Positions 31,186-41,098 of a stretch of 64,000 nucleotides of DNA are shown here, piece by piece; within the stretch, counting starts at the first letter, position 1, and each line of letters opens with the position of its first letter. Under the pieces are notes generated by a model, which was not told the origin of the DNA, searched no databases, and was given only the letters and a program-made list of their open reading frames with translations. This DNA is from Thermodesulfobacteriota bacterium. Its GTDB lineage: Bacteria; Desulfobacterota; Desulfobacteria; Desulfobacterales; C00003060. The stretch lies in contig JAXHVD010000001.1 of the NCBI GenBank assembly GCA_034189385.1, positions 224,001-288,000 of the forward strand. The letters are read 5' to 3'. Both the position numbers and the translations under genes were made by a program.

Positions 31186-31326
31186 TCAGTGAGAATGGGC
31201 GCTGTGCGTCACTGCTACGTGCTCGTGTTGAGGTCCTTGGTGGGAATCGATCATTGCTGTGAGGCTCCCGATGAGAACAACAGCCGTCACTAAGGTGGTA
31301 ATAATGGTCCATACAATCTGCTTCAT
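31186..31326 (-). CDS. Small membrane protein with His-rich tail, 46 aa (not in ORF track)
   Basis: MKQIVWTIITTLVTAVVLIGSLTAMIDSHQGPQHEHVAVTHSAHSH; RBS AAGGA. Confidence 0.6.
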   Translation of the reverse strand: MKQIVWTIITTLVTAVVLIGSLTAMIDSHQGPQHEHVAVTHSAHSH

Positions 31327-31477
31327 GACACTCAATCCTTTCTATTGCAGGAATGAACCTCCCAGCAGCGAATCGACTGCCTTCGTCGAAGTCTAGCTGC
31401 ATGGGTTGGTCCTGCGACAGTCCCCAAAGGCCATAGCTTAAACGCTCTTGTTCCCATACACGGAAAATGATCACAGG

Positions 31478-31655
31478 TCAAATCTTTACGACGCACAGTG
31501 CGAGGCGTTCGATCTTGGTCAAAAGGGCCTCTGCCTGGTCTCGGCTCCCGCGATTGGTGATATCCCCTGAAATAAGAACTGCTTGGGCCTCTGTGATGCC
31601 AGGGATATTCCCTATGCGTGACACAGTCATGAATGTCGCCAATGGCAATTCAAAA
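31478..31655 (-). pseudogene. Frameshifted, truncated metallophosphoesterase remnant
   Basis: IAIGDIHD in one frame and LISGDITNRG in another; stops soon after. Confidence 0.6.
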
Positions 31656-31797
31656 GGGTCCTGTTTCGACCCCACGCATCCTGGTCATGTGTCCTTTTCC
31701 TTTTGTCCTTGGTTCTCTCGGCCACCAGAAGAATGGTGCGTCCTCTTGTTCCCATGGGCTCTGCCCCGTCTGCCGCTCGTCAGCGTCCTCCGTGCAA

Positions 31798-31934
31798 TGA
31801 ACCGATTAAGCGAGCGCATTCCCCGTAGGTTCTGCCTAGCGGCGGTGCTTCGCAGGCTGCGGGGTTAGCGAGCGTATATAAAATGAGACATATTCCTTAC
31901 GGTCGAAGATTCCCTGCAGCTTGCAGGGTCTTCA
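31798..31934. repeat. Repeat family A, copy 3
   Basis: Nearly identical to 39728-39867. Confidence 0.9.
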
Positions 31935-32344
31935 ATCTTGAAGAGGCCCTTGGGCCTCCCAGGGAAGATGGGGGCTTATACCAGATTTCAGGGGGATGTC
32001 TTACAAACGAATACTATGTACGGGAAGGGCTGTGGTCCCCCTCCCCCTGCTAGCCGATCCTGTATTCGTGTGCCTGTCTTGTCCATGGCCCTGAGTCTGA
32101 TCACCGCAACCACTCCGGATTCTAGCCCCTGTCAGGCTGGCATTTCCTATGTGTGCCACTTACATGCAATGATAAAACGTTAGGTGTACTGAGAAGATCA
32201 CCCGTGTTCATGAGTGGATAGGCCGACGGCAAGGGAGAAGGCGGGATGCTCAGGGTTGTCGCCTGCGCAGCCGTTTTGGGACGGATTGGCATGAATAATG
32301 CTTGTAATTGCAAGGGAATCCATGTAATATTATGACGTAGTACT

Positions 32345-32467
32345 TGAACCGAATAAGCGAGCGCATTCTCCACAGGAGAGCTACCGCAGCCCCTGTAGGT
32401 TCTGCCTGACGGCAGTGGTTCTGTCCGTTGGCAGTGCTAGCGCGGCGCCGGCCACGGGGAGGGTTCA
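32345..32467. repeat. Repeat family A, copy 4
   Basis: TGAACCGAATAAGCGAGCGC ... GGGGAGGGTTCA. Confidence 0.9.
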
Positions 32468-32750
32468 ATAACAAACTCGGGGACAAAGGATGATTCCAGG
32501 GAATGGGTAGCCCGACCCACAGGAAAAATGACTTCGGCCTTCGATGGGTGAGCATAAAAGCAGGTAGGTCTGAAAAGGACTCCGGCCAGCTCAACGTTAG
32601 GCCCTTTTTGGGACGAAAATCTTGCTACACAAGCCACTGGTTTAATCTGTCCATGCCGAACTTGATTAAGGATTCAGTCCGACATTGGAGCATCTCGAAA
32701 CTTCCCGAAATCATAACACCTTATTAGCTAGTCCGCTATCCTAATAGTAG

Positions 32751-32779
32751 TTGACAATGGGGGCTTTAGTAAATAAAAT
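32751..32779 (+). promoter_or_regulatory. Sigma70 promoter upstream of the polysaccharide cluster
   Basis: TTGACA-17 nt-TAAAAT followed by AT-rich sequence. Confidence 0.65.
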
Positions 32780-33526
32780 TATATATAATTTTATATCACA
32801 GAAGTGTCTTGGTCTTTTTTTAGTGCGAGGCGCCGTCACTACTTTTTGAAATGATAGTCTTCTGTTTCCCTGCCCGCAATCCAGTGAGAGGAATGTGGCC
32901 ATGGATCTGGGGATGGCCCATCCCGAGCGTGGGGTGCGGGATTTCAGCCCCTGCCAAACAAAAGCCTTGGCTTAGACAGTGAATGGGAAGAGAGGGCCGT
33001 GTGCCAATTGCGCTGTTCGATCTTTATGGTTATTCTATGGCTGAAGCCAACAATCGGATCGTGCCTAGTGGGGTTTGGGAAGTTTGCATTGCCGTGTATG
33101 GCCTAAACCCCCGAGTAGTGCCCCCTTGTTGTTAGCTGTTGCCAGGTGGTGACTGGCCCAAGAAGCGGGGCCCTTATCTCGATAAAGCCATAAAAAGCAA
33201 CAAGTTATCCTCGATTATCCGTGTAATTGAAGGTGCGGAGCTGTATGTTGGATGCAGAATTTTTTGGATGCTTCAACAGTTCTCTGGGGAGGTGGAGAAT
33301 TGTCCGCTACGGTAGCGAAGGGAGAGTAGATGCAGGATATTGAGTTTGCCTGTTGCCGATCAGTGTGGCAGAGAGATGGGAGGACTGAGCGCATTTGTTA
33401 GGGGTCTCCATTGGTTACTTGGGGTTCTGAGGGCAGATTGCCAAGAACTTCATGAAGAGTCTTGAGCTCTGTGCAGTTCGAGGGTCTTTTGGAAGGCTCT
33501 CGTATTTTTGTGCGTGAAGCGGTTCT

Positions 33527-34300
33527 ATGCTACTCAGTGGCTGCAAGGCAATCCAGATGAGGATATGGGCACTGAATAAGGACGTTGTTCTGAGGCGATC
33601 CAAGCAACTTGCTACATTCTTAGGGGCAAGGTTAACGGACCCTTGGCTTTGCCGCTTTCAAGGACTTGTCAACTACATGAGACTCGGTCGTTGGATGCAC
33701 GAACACGGTTTCCAAACAAAACAGCTGGTTCCGGACAGAAATGCAGTCTTTGCTTCTGTTGCACGAAAGGTGCGAAATGAGCGTGTTCTCTATCTTGAAT
33801 TCGGAGTGTTTGAAGGTGCCAGTATCCGTTACTGGTCGCGCGAACTGCAACATCCTGATTCAATTCTTCATGGTTTTGACAGCTTCGAGGGGTTACCTGA
33901 AGATTTCGATGTTTCCTATCACTATTCCTTGGGAAAGGGTGCGTTTTCAACGCAAGGACGGGTACCCGTGATTCACGACAAAAGGGTGAAGTTCTTCAAG
34001 GGCTGGTTTGACCAGGTTCTTCCAGGCTACTCGGTTCCACCTCATAATGTGCTTGTTATCAACATGGATGCGGATCTCTATTCTTCTACTCTCTACGTTT
34101 TACGTCATTTGCGGAAGTGGATACGTTGCGGGACATTCATATACTTCGATGAAATGTCCCGCTTGGAACATGAACCTAGGGCCTTTGAAGTGTTTCTTAG
34201 AGAGAACAAACTGAGTTTCCGGTTGGTCTGCGCTGATCAGTCCCTTAATAACGCTTTCTTCGAGTGCATAGGCGAGGGGGCGGGCGGCTCGCAGGTTTAA
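33527..34300 (+). CDS. TylF/MycF-like class I SAM methyltransferase
   Basis: YLEFGVFEGAS, GFDSFEGLPE, KGWF, DADLYSS, YFDE. Confidence 0.85.
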   Translation: MLLSGCKAIQMRIWALNKDVVLRRSKQLATFLGARLTDPWLCRFQGLVNYMRLGRWMHEHGFQTKQLVPDRNAVFASVARKVRNERVLYLEFGVFEGASIRYWSRELQHPDSILHGFDSFEGLPEDFDVSYHYSLGKGAFSTQGRVPVIHDKRVKFFKGWFDQVLPGYSVPPHNVLVINMDADLYSSTLYVLRHLRKWIRCGTFIYFDEMSRLEHEPRAFEVFLRENKLSFRLVCADQSLNNAFFECIGEGAGGSQV

Positions 34301-34370
34301 CCATCGGTAAAAACCGGTTTTCTGGGAAAGGCGCCTTGACCATCATGAAGCGCTTTCAGGCTACTACATG

Positions 34371-34620
34371 GAGACCCTTGCACAACCCCTTCTCTTTTGT
34401 CCGTATGAACTCTTTGACCTTATCTACGAGCCTGGTCACTAAATTGCCCAAAAACTCTCCGCTTCAGGCAGATCAAACAGTTTACGATTTGCCCATTGAT
34501 ATGGGTCGCTTGCCCCGTTAGATTTCCCGAGGGGAACCGTATTTAATGGGGTGAACTTTGCCCGGGCGGATACTCCATAAAGCTCATAATGGTAGCTCGA
34601 AGTAGTTATGCAAAACTCTC
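34371..34620. mobile_element. MITE family B with IS5-like ends
   Basis: GAGACCCTTGCACAAC ... GTTATGCAAAACTCTC, flanked on both sides by ACATG. Confidence 0.7.
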
Positions 34621-34717
34621 ACATGGCCGTCCCAACTTGGATGAGTCTCTCCGATGAAAAAAACTCGGTGCCTTGTTGTTCAAGAGGATTTGGATTTGAC
34701 TATCAGCCTTTAATTCC

Positions 34718-36619
34718 ATGAATGGGCCCGTGCATTCGACAGAGTTCCGGTTACGCTTAAAGGATTTGTATAAGCAAGGTAATTTTGCGGAAGGATACCG
34801 TTTGCTAGCCCGACGGGCCCTGGCCACTCCGCCCTTCTATGAATACCCCTGGCTTGCCAAAGAGCTGGCAAGGTGTGTGGCAGAACCATTCACATTTCGC
34901 TTGGGCCTTCTGAGCACCTTCACTTTCGAGCCGATCAGACACAGCCTGTCCGCTGTGGCACTGGCCCAAGGATTCGAGTTGAAGCTTTACTTTGGAGGTT
35001 TTCAGCAACTAGAACAAGAAGTAATGATTCTCGGGAGTGGCCTCGCCCGGCACAAGCCACAAGTCATTGTTGTCGCTTGGCGTCTTGCGGACCTTTCACC
35101 GCTTCTGTGGCACTCGCCATTGGATCTAACAGAATCAAAGCTTCAAGGTGAGATAGAGGGCGTCCTTGATCGGGCTGTCGAGCTTGTTCGGGCCTGCAGG
35201 AACAACTTGCCACAGAGTCACCTAATTCTCCACACCGTAGTGCCACCCGACCATCCCGTGTTTGGAGTGGTTGATTTCCAGCATCCTCGAGGGCATCAAT
35301 GGATTACTAACTCAATAAACGCGGGACTTCGGAAGTTGGCAACCGAAACAGAAGGTGTTCATTTGTTGGATTGTGAGGCCGTAGCTAGGCGTATTCATGG
35401 TGAAGCATGGTTTGATGCAAGGCACTGGTACACAGCACGAGCACCGCTTGCTGCTGAGGGATTGGTGGCCTTGGCATACGAATATGTCAAATACCTCAGG
35501 GCCTTGTCAGGAAAAACAAAGAAGGTGCTTGTCACAGATCTGGACAACACGCTTTGGGGGGGAATACTGGGCGAAGACGGTTTTAACGGCATAGCCCTTG
35601 GGGAGACATATCCCGGAAATGCCTTTTTGGCTTTTCAGTGGGAGATGAAGATGCTTTCTAGGAGAGGTGTCCTCCTGGCTATCAACAGTAAGAACAACGA
35701 GGCAGATGTGCGCGAAGTATTTGAGAAACACCAACACATGGCCCTCGATTGGAATGCCTTTGCCGCAGTGCGTGTTAACTGGCAGGACAAGGCCACCAAC
35801 ATGGTCGAACTGGCCGAGGACCTCTCCCTGGGATTAGATAGTTTTGTGTTCATTGATGATAACCCTTATGAATTGGAAATGGTTCATCAGGCACTTCCTG
35901 AGGTCACTGTGATCAAGACCCCCAAAGAGCCTAGCGATTTGCCCGGACTTCTGTCACGTCTCGGATACTTCGAGAGCGTCGTTTATAGCGATGCAGACCG
36001 AAAACGTACCGAATTCTATAGTGCTCAAGCAAAACGGGCAGAGTTAAAGCGCAGTAGTAGAGATTTGGATGCCTTTTATCGGTCCCTTTCGATGAAGTTG
36101 ACCGTCTACGAAGTGGGTGAAGCTGAGACTCCTCGCGTGGCTCAACTCACGCAGCGCACAAATCAATTTAATATGACAACGCGTCGCTACAGTGAGGTCG
36201 ATATCAAGTATTTTCGGAATTCGCCAGCACATCTTCTTCGTGCGTACCATCTTGAAGACCGTTTTGGAGATAATGGGATAATTGCAGTAGTCGTTGTCAA
36301 AATGGATCGCGAAACATGGTATCTTGATTCATTCCTGATGAGCTGCCGTGTCATTGGTCGAGCGGTGGAGACAGCTATCCTGGCGTTATTGATTCAGGAG
36401 GCCAAGCGAGCTAGTGCTGCGGTGCTTAAGGCTGATTTTCTGCCATCAGAGAAAAACACTCCTGCGAGAGATGTCTATGCTAAGCACGGATTCAGAAAGG
36501 TGGAGGAGAGCCCTGAATGTATCCAGTGGGAAATAGACGTTGCCGAAGCCTCTCTGGAGGGTCCGGAATTTTTTGAAGTGATTGATACAACCAAAAAAAC
36601 CGAGGGCAAGAAATTGTGA
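34718..36619 (+). CDS. FkbH-like HAD-IIIC protein (glyceryl transferase/phosphatase)
   Basis: DLDNTLWGG, SKNN, FIDDNP, RTNQFN, DRFGDNG, MSCRV. Confidence 0.93.
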   Translation: MNGPVHSTEFRLRLKDLYKQGNFAEGYRLLARRALATPPFYEYPWLAKELARCVAEPFTFRLGLLSTFTFEPIRHSLSAVALAQGFELKLYFGGFQQLEQEVMILGSGLARHKPQVIVVAWRLADLSPLLWHSPLDLTESKLQGEIEGVLDRAVELVRACRNNLPQSHLILHTVVPPDHPVFGVVDFQHPRGHQWITNSINAGLRKLATETEGVHLLDCEAVARRIHGEAWFDARHWYTARAPLAAEGLVALAYEYVKYLRALSGKTKKVLVTDLDNTLWGGILGEDGFNGIALGETYPGNAFLAFQWEMKMLSRRGVLLAINSKNNEADVREVFEKHQHMALDWNAFAAVRVNWQDKATNMVELAEDLSLGLDSFVFIDDNPYELEMVHQALPEVTVIKTPKEPSDLPGLLSRLGYFESVVYSDADRKRTEFYSAQAKRAELKRSSRDLDAFYRSLSMKLTVYEVGEAETPRVAQLTQRTNQFNMTTRRYSEVDIKYFRNSPAHLLRAYHLEDRFGDNGIIAVVVVKMDRETWYLDSFLMSCRVIGRAVETAILALLIQEAKRASAAVLKADFLPSEKNTPARDVYAKHGFRKVEESPECIQWEIDVAEASLEGPEFFEVIDTTKKTEGKKL

Positions 36620-36867
36620 ATGAGGATACCATTCAAGAGCGGGTTAAAGAGGTCATGGCGGGCATCTTTTCCATGGATCCAGCTGACATCGGGCCCCATT
36701 CTTCACTTAGGACCATAAAAAAATGGGACAGCCTGCAGCACGTGAATTTGATTATAGCCCTTGAACAGGCCTTTGGCTTGCGTATCGCCGTTTCGCAGGC
36801 TGTTGAAATGACATCATTTCCCTCGGTGTGCCGTGTTGTCGCACAATCCTTGGGGGAAGCCTTTTGA
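36616..36867 (+). CDS. Acyl carrier protein
   Basis: WDSLQHVNLI phosphopantetheine site; overlaps fkbH (GTGA). Confidence 0.9.
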   Translation: MNEDTIQERVKEVMAGIFSMDPADIGPHSSLRTIKKWDSLQHVNLIIALEQAFGLRIAVSQAVEMTSFPSVCRVVAQSLGEAF

Positions 36868-37526
36868 GTAGCCCTGAAACCTTACCACAGCCCCGAAAGA
36901 TGACTCGAGATGATTTAAAAGACGTCGTGGACCTCCATGTCCTTTGTTTCCCTCACTATTTTCTTACAGGCTTGGGAGACGGTGTTTTACGCCACTATTA
37001 TACATACGCAATGGATGATCCGCAGAGCCTCGTCATCGTCCTTGAAATACCGGAGTCTGGTCGCGTCGTAGGTCTTGCAGTTGGAACGTTTGACCCGGAG
37101 TTCCAGGCGAAACTGTTTCTTAGTCATCTGTTTGGCTTCTTGTGGGGTGTTCTGCGTGGGGTATTTATGAGTCACACTGTCCGAGAGGGAATTGTGCAGC
37201 GCTTATGGGACATGAAATGGGCTGTGAGAAGTCTATTCAGGGCAACTATTAATCATGTGACAGCTGATCCACAAACTGCTAGTCCTCTGATTACTGACTA
37301 CGCGTGTCTTCTCGTGAACGCAGTGCATCCTGAGTGGCGGGGATGGCAAAGTTCCGAGCGTTTCCTAAAATACTTCACGAATTGTGTGCTCGAGATGGGG
37401 GCTACCGGAATTTGGGGGACGGTATATCCTGAAAACCTTGCCGCTTTGATCCTTTACAAGCGGCTTTCCTGGAATATTGAGAAGCAGGGCCCCAAGCGCG
37501 TGATGGTCTGGCTTGATCTTATGTGA
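36864..37526 (+). CDS. GNAT family acetyltransferase-like protein
   Basis: AVHPEWRG, TVYPENLAALILYKRLSW. Confidence 0.75.
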   Translation: MSSPETLPQPRKMTRDDLKDVVDLHVLCFPHYFLTGLGDGVLRHYYTYAMDDPQSLVIVLEIPESGRVVGLAVGTFDPEFQAKLFLSHLFGFLWGVLRGVFMSHTVREGIVQRLWDMKWAVRSLFRATINHVTADPQTASPLITDYACLLVNAVHPEWRGWQSSERFLKYFTNCVLEMGATGIWGTVYPENLAALILYKRLSWNIEKQGPKRVMVWLDLM

Positions 37527-37747
37527 TTCATTCATGAGTTTGAATGATTTTGACATTGCTTTCCCCAAAGTGAAGAGCTGTGCAGATTGATGACGCCTAT
37601 TTGCCAGTTTCGAGAAGCGAAGTCAATCAAACATGATCTAATCCAGGAGGCCCGTATTCGTTTTTTCAAGGGCAAGCACGGCTTCTGTCTGGAGCTAGCC
37701 GAGGGAACCTGAGTGAGCAGAGAGGAGAGTTTTCGTCCCTGTTCTCT

Positions 37748-37886
37748 GAGACCTTTGAACAACACCTTTCCACTTAGTTCTTTAAGCTTTTCAATCCGCC
37801 AGGGTAGACCGCTCATCCCGACGGAGCCGGGAATGGGTCTCCTCAAAAACCCACAACGACGTTGAAAAGAGTAATCCAGCGGTCTC
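37748..37886. mobile_element. MITE family B, degenerate copy
   Basis: GAGACCTTTGAACAAC ... GGTCTC; internal GACCGCTCATCCCGACGGAG shared with the 59457 copy. Confidence 0.6.
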
Positions 37887-38256
37887 GTTTTAAAGTCAAT
37901 AAGCTAGATGCTAGTCTGTCATAGTGAGGAGAGTCGCCTTCGTTGCCGGCAGGAAGCCCGAAGCAGCGGTCGCCTTTTGCGTGCGACGGATTGCTTCTTT
38001 CGCCAATCTGCCAGCAATGCTGAGGCAAGCCCCCGAGGTCAGTTTGCCTAAGTGATTCTTTCGTCGGCCAAGTATAGTACACGGCAGGAAGGTTCTCTAA
38101 GTAGGCTGAAGTGACTACTCAAACTTAACTCCCGATAATTTGAGAGCGATGGCGCAGCCAGTTGAAGAAGGTGGGTGGCCTGTGGTAATGATCAACCGGT
38201 ATGGCAAATCGAGTAAGTGAGGAAATAGGGTTTATCTCGCTAGAGCGGAGTTCTTA

Positions 38257-39642
38257 ATGACAATAAAGAAGAGTGCCAGACAATTAGGGTTTGGCGTTGT
38301 ATTCTTTGTTTTGACCGGGATATTGCTTGCCAAAGTTATCATGATTTCTCTAACACTGGGAATCATAGCTTTGTCATGTGCAATATTGTTAGTTCTCACA
38401 ATCGTGTTTCGGAAAATGGACTACCTGTTGTATGCATGGCTTGTGCTCACGAGCGTGATCTGGTTTATCATGCTGCGGGGATTGTCACCTGCTTATTATC
38501 AGTTTATCGGCAGAGGCATCTTTTGGGGCATTCTTGTTTGTGCGTTTGCAGCATGGGCTATAGATATTATCCTCAGAGGTCGGCAGTTCACGCCTTTGGA
38601 CAACGTGTCTCTAAAGGCAAGCATACTAGTTTTCGTGCTCTGGTGTACGGCAACGCTGACCACCTCTGTGGACGTCTTATACAGTTTCAGAAAATGGCTT
38701 CATATTATCTTTGCATTAGTTGCTTCCTACATGTTCTATGATTTTTTTTCGCGGGATGAAAAAAACATCAAAAGAATGATCAACATCGTCTCGCTGGTGA
38801 TGGTTCTTGTGTCTTCTTTGACGATAGCTGTTGCCGCTCGGGCGCTGATGCTGGGGATGCCAATTTATAAAGAGATAAATCTCTGGTTCCAAAACCCGAA
38901 TGTGCTCGGCGCATTTTTGATGGTCCCTTTACCTATATTGGTCACCAGCGGATTTAATTTTTGGCCGGTCAGACGGTTTAAGTGGTTGTTCCTGTCTCCT
39001 GTGTTTCTGGCGTTGTTGATTTCCTCTTCTCGGAGTGCTTGGCTGGCGGTACTTGTCGCGCTGACTTTCTTATGTTCCAAGGGGAAAACAAGGTTACCAT
39101 TTGCAGCTGTCACTACTGTTGTTCTTGTCTTAGGTAGTATAACATTTCCATTTTGGGGGACGGATTTCTACGACTTCATAGCAGGGGAGCGCTACACCGG
39201 GCGCAGGGAAATTTGGCAGGCGGCCTTGAGTACTGTCCGCGATTATCCACTGTTCGGGATCGGCCTTGGAAACAGCGCGAAGGTTGTTCCCAATTATATT
39301 GAAAACCCATACTTTGCGAGCCATTTTGTTAATACTCATAATCTGTACCTTCAGAACAGTGTGGAAATGGGTTTTGGTTCCGTTTTAATATTGCTAGTTT
39401 TTTACGTCATCTTTTTTCTTTCTTCAGTCAGAATTGAAAATAGCCTGAAATCGCATGATCTAAAGTTGGTGGTGAGGGGAACTCTGGCGACTTTTTTGGC
39501 GCTACTTGTTCATGGCATTTTTGAATGCGGTAGTTTCCTGACGACGTTTGATGCCGGAGAGTTCACGGTCATGTTGCCATACATCCTTATGGCTTTGCCA
39601 TTTGCAGCAAAGAAGTTGGAAGGGAGGGCACAGCCAGGCTGA
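38257..39642 (+). CDS. O-antigen ligase/Wzy polymerase family protein
   Basis: About 12 TM; NPNVLG, SSSRSAW, GRREIW, PLFGIG, HNLYLQ. Confidence 0.88.
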   Translation: MTIKKSARQLGFGVVFFVLTGILLAKVIMISLTLGIIALSCAILLVLTIVFRKMDYLLYAWLVLTSVIWFIMLRGLSPAYYQFIGRGIFWGILVCAFAAWAIDIILRGRQFTPLDNVSLKASILVFVLWCTATLTTSVDVLYSFRKWLHIIFALVASYMFYDFFSRDEKNIKRMINIVSLVMVLVSSLTIAVAARALMLGMPIYKEINLWFQNPNVLGAFLMVPLPILVTSGFNFWPVRRFKWLFLSPVFLALLISSSRSAWLAVLVALTFLCSKGKTRLPFAAVTTVVLVLGSITFPFWGTDFYDFIAGERYTGRREIWQAALSTVRDYPLFGIGLGNSAKVVPNYIENPYFASHFVNTHNLYLQNSVEMGFGSVLILLVFYVIFFLSSVRIENSLKSHDLKLVVRGTLATFLALLVHGIFECGSFLTTFDAGEFTVMLPYILMALPFAAKKLEGRAQPG

Positions 39643-39727
39643 CGCTGGATACTGGATGCTGCCTAATGGAAATGAGATGTTTGTAAGGATCGTAAGTGAA
39701 TTCTATTCAAACAATGCGGAAATGACT

Positions 39728-39867
39728 TGAACCGATTAAGCGAGCGCATTCCCCGTAGGTTCTGCCTGAAGGCAGTGCTTCGCAGGCTGCGGGGTTAGCG
39801 AGCGTATATAAAATGAGACATATTCCTTACGGTCGAAGATTCCCTGCAGCTTGCTGCAGGGCCTTCA
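39728..39867. repeat. Repeat family A, copy 5
   Basis: TGAACCGATTAAG ... CCCTGCAGCTTGCTGCAGGGCCTTCA. Confidence 0.9.
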
Positions 39868-39889
39868 ATAATGGGCTGGTGGAAATCTG

Positions 39890-41071
39890 ATGAAGCTAGC
39901 AGTCTTCAGTGGACAGTACTTCTGGTTTAATGGCAATAATTATTCAACGGACGAAGCCTTTGTCAAGTTTGTTATGTCCTTTTATCCGAGTTTTGAAAAA
40001 ATTGTATTTTGTGACGCTGTCAAGCAAGAAAGAAAACGACAACCGTATCTTCTGAATCCGAGGAAATTCGAGGTCTGTCCCCTTCCTGATTTTACCATTT
40101 GCTCTTTCGGCAGCATGCTAATCAGCGCTCCTCGGATTTACCGCATAGTGAGGGATAACATGTGGCAGTGGGACCTGATTTGGGTCCATGCCCCACATCC
40201 GGTTAGCTTGATATTTGCATATGTTTGCAGGCAACTGCACAAGCCTTTCTTCCTATTTGTCCGTCAGAACTTCAGGGAATATATCGTAAACAGAAGCCGT
40301 GGGAAGAGGTTTTGGGCAGCACGGATGCTGGCTTTTATTCTGGAACATGCTTTTCGAACGATGAGTTCTCGTGTTTTGACCTTTACCGTGGGAAGGGAGA
40401 TGTACGAGATATACGGGAAAACTGGAAGGAACGTTTGTCAGACGGCCGTTTCCCTCATTCACGATTCAGACATTGACAGTGGCGCAAGCAGGTCGAAGGA
40501 TGCCGCGGTTCTCCGAATGGTCACCGTTGGAAGATTGGACCCTGAGAAGGGGATGATCTATTTGATCGAGGCAGTGAGCGATTTGGTGAGAAGTGGGACA
40601 AAAGGGGTGATGCTAGACATCGTGGGTGACGGATCCGAAGGGATGACACTCCGACGGAAAGTCGATGATGAGGGCCTATCGGACCACGTTGTTTTTCGGG
40701 GATACATACCCCACGGAGAGGCGCTTTTTCGTGTATACAGACAAAGCGATGTTTTGATACTGCCATCATTGACTGAAGGATGCCCCCAGGTTCTTTTCGA
40801 GGCCATGGCATGTGGTGTTGCCATCGTGGCTACCAGAGTTGGAGGTATCCCTTTTTTCATTGAAGACGGGGGCAATGGCTTACTTGTAAACCCCGCAAGT
40901 CCGGGTGAAATAGTTTCGGCGATCCTCCGACTCAAGGGGGATAGAAGCCTGTTATTTCGCCTTGCCAACAAGGGTATTGAGACCGCCAGAAAACACACGG
41001 TTGAGATCGAGAGGCAGCACATGCTTGAATGCATTGAACGGCACTTTAACGCACCTCTTGCCGCAGTTTGA
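39890..41071 (+). CDS. Glycosyltransferase family 4
   Basis: VGRLDPEKG, PSLTEGCPQVLFEAMACG. Confidence 0.92.
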   Translation: MKLAVFSGQYFWFNGNNYSTDEAFVKFVMSFYPSFEKIVFCDAVKQERKRQPYLLNPRKFEVCPLPDFTICSFGSMLISAPRIYRIVRDNMWQWDLIWVHAPHPVSLIFAYVCRQLHKPFFLFVRQNFREYIVNRSRGKRFWAARMLAFILEHAFRTMSSRVLTFTVGREMYEIYGKTGRNVCQTAVSLIHDSDIDSGASRSKDAAVLRMVTVGRLDPEKGMIYLIEAVSDLVRSGTKGVMLDIVGDGSEGMTLRRKVDDEGLSDHVVFRGYIPHGEALFRVYRQSDVLILPSLTEGCPQVLFEAMACGVAIVATRVGGIPFFIEDGGNGLLVNPASPGEIVSAILRLKGDRSLLFRLANKGIETARKHTVEIERQHMLECIERHFNAPLAAV

Positions 41072-41098
41072 TCGAACGCATCGCGCTGAAGCATTCCC

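Noticed and set aside
4092..39867. CRISPR array
   Set aside because: Repeats are dispersed, with no regular repeat-spacer period and no cas genes
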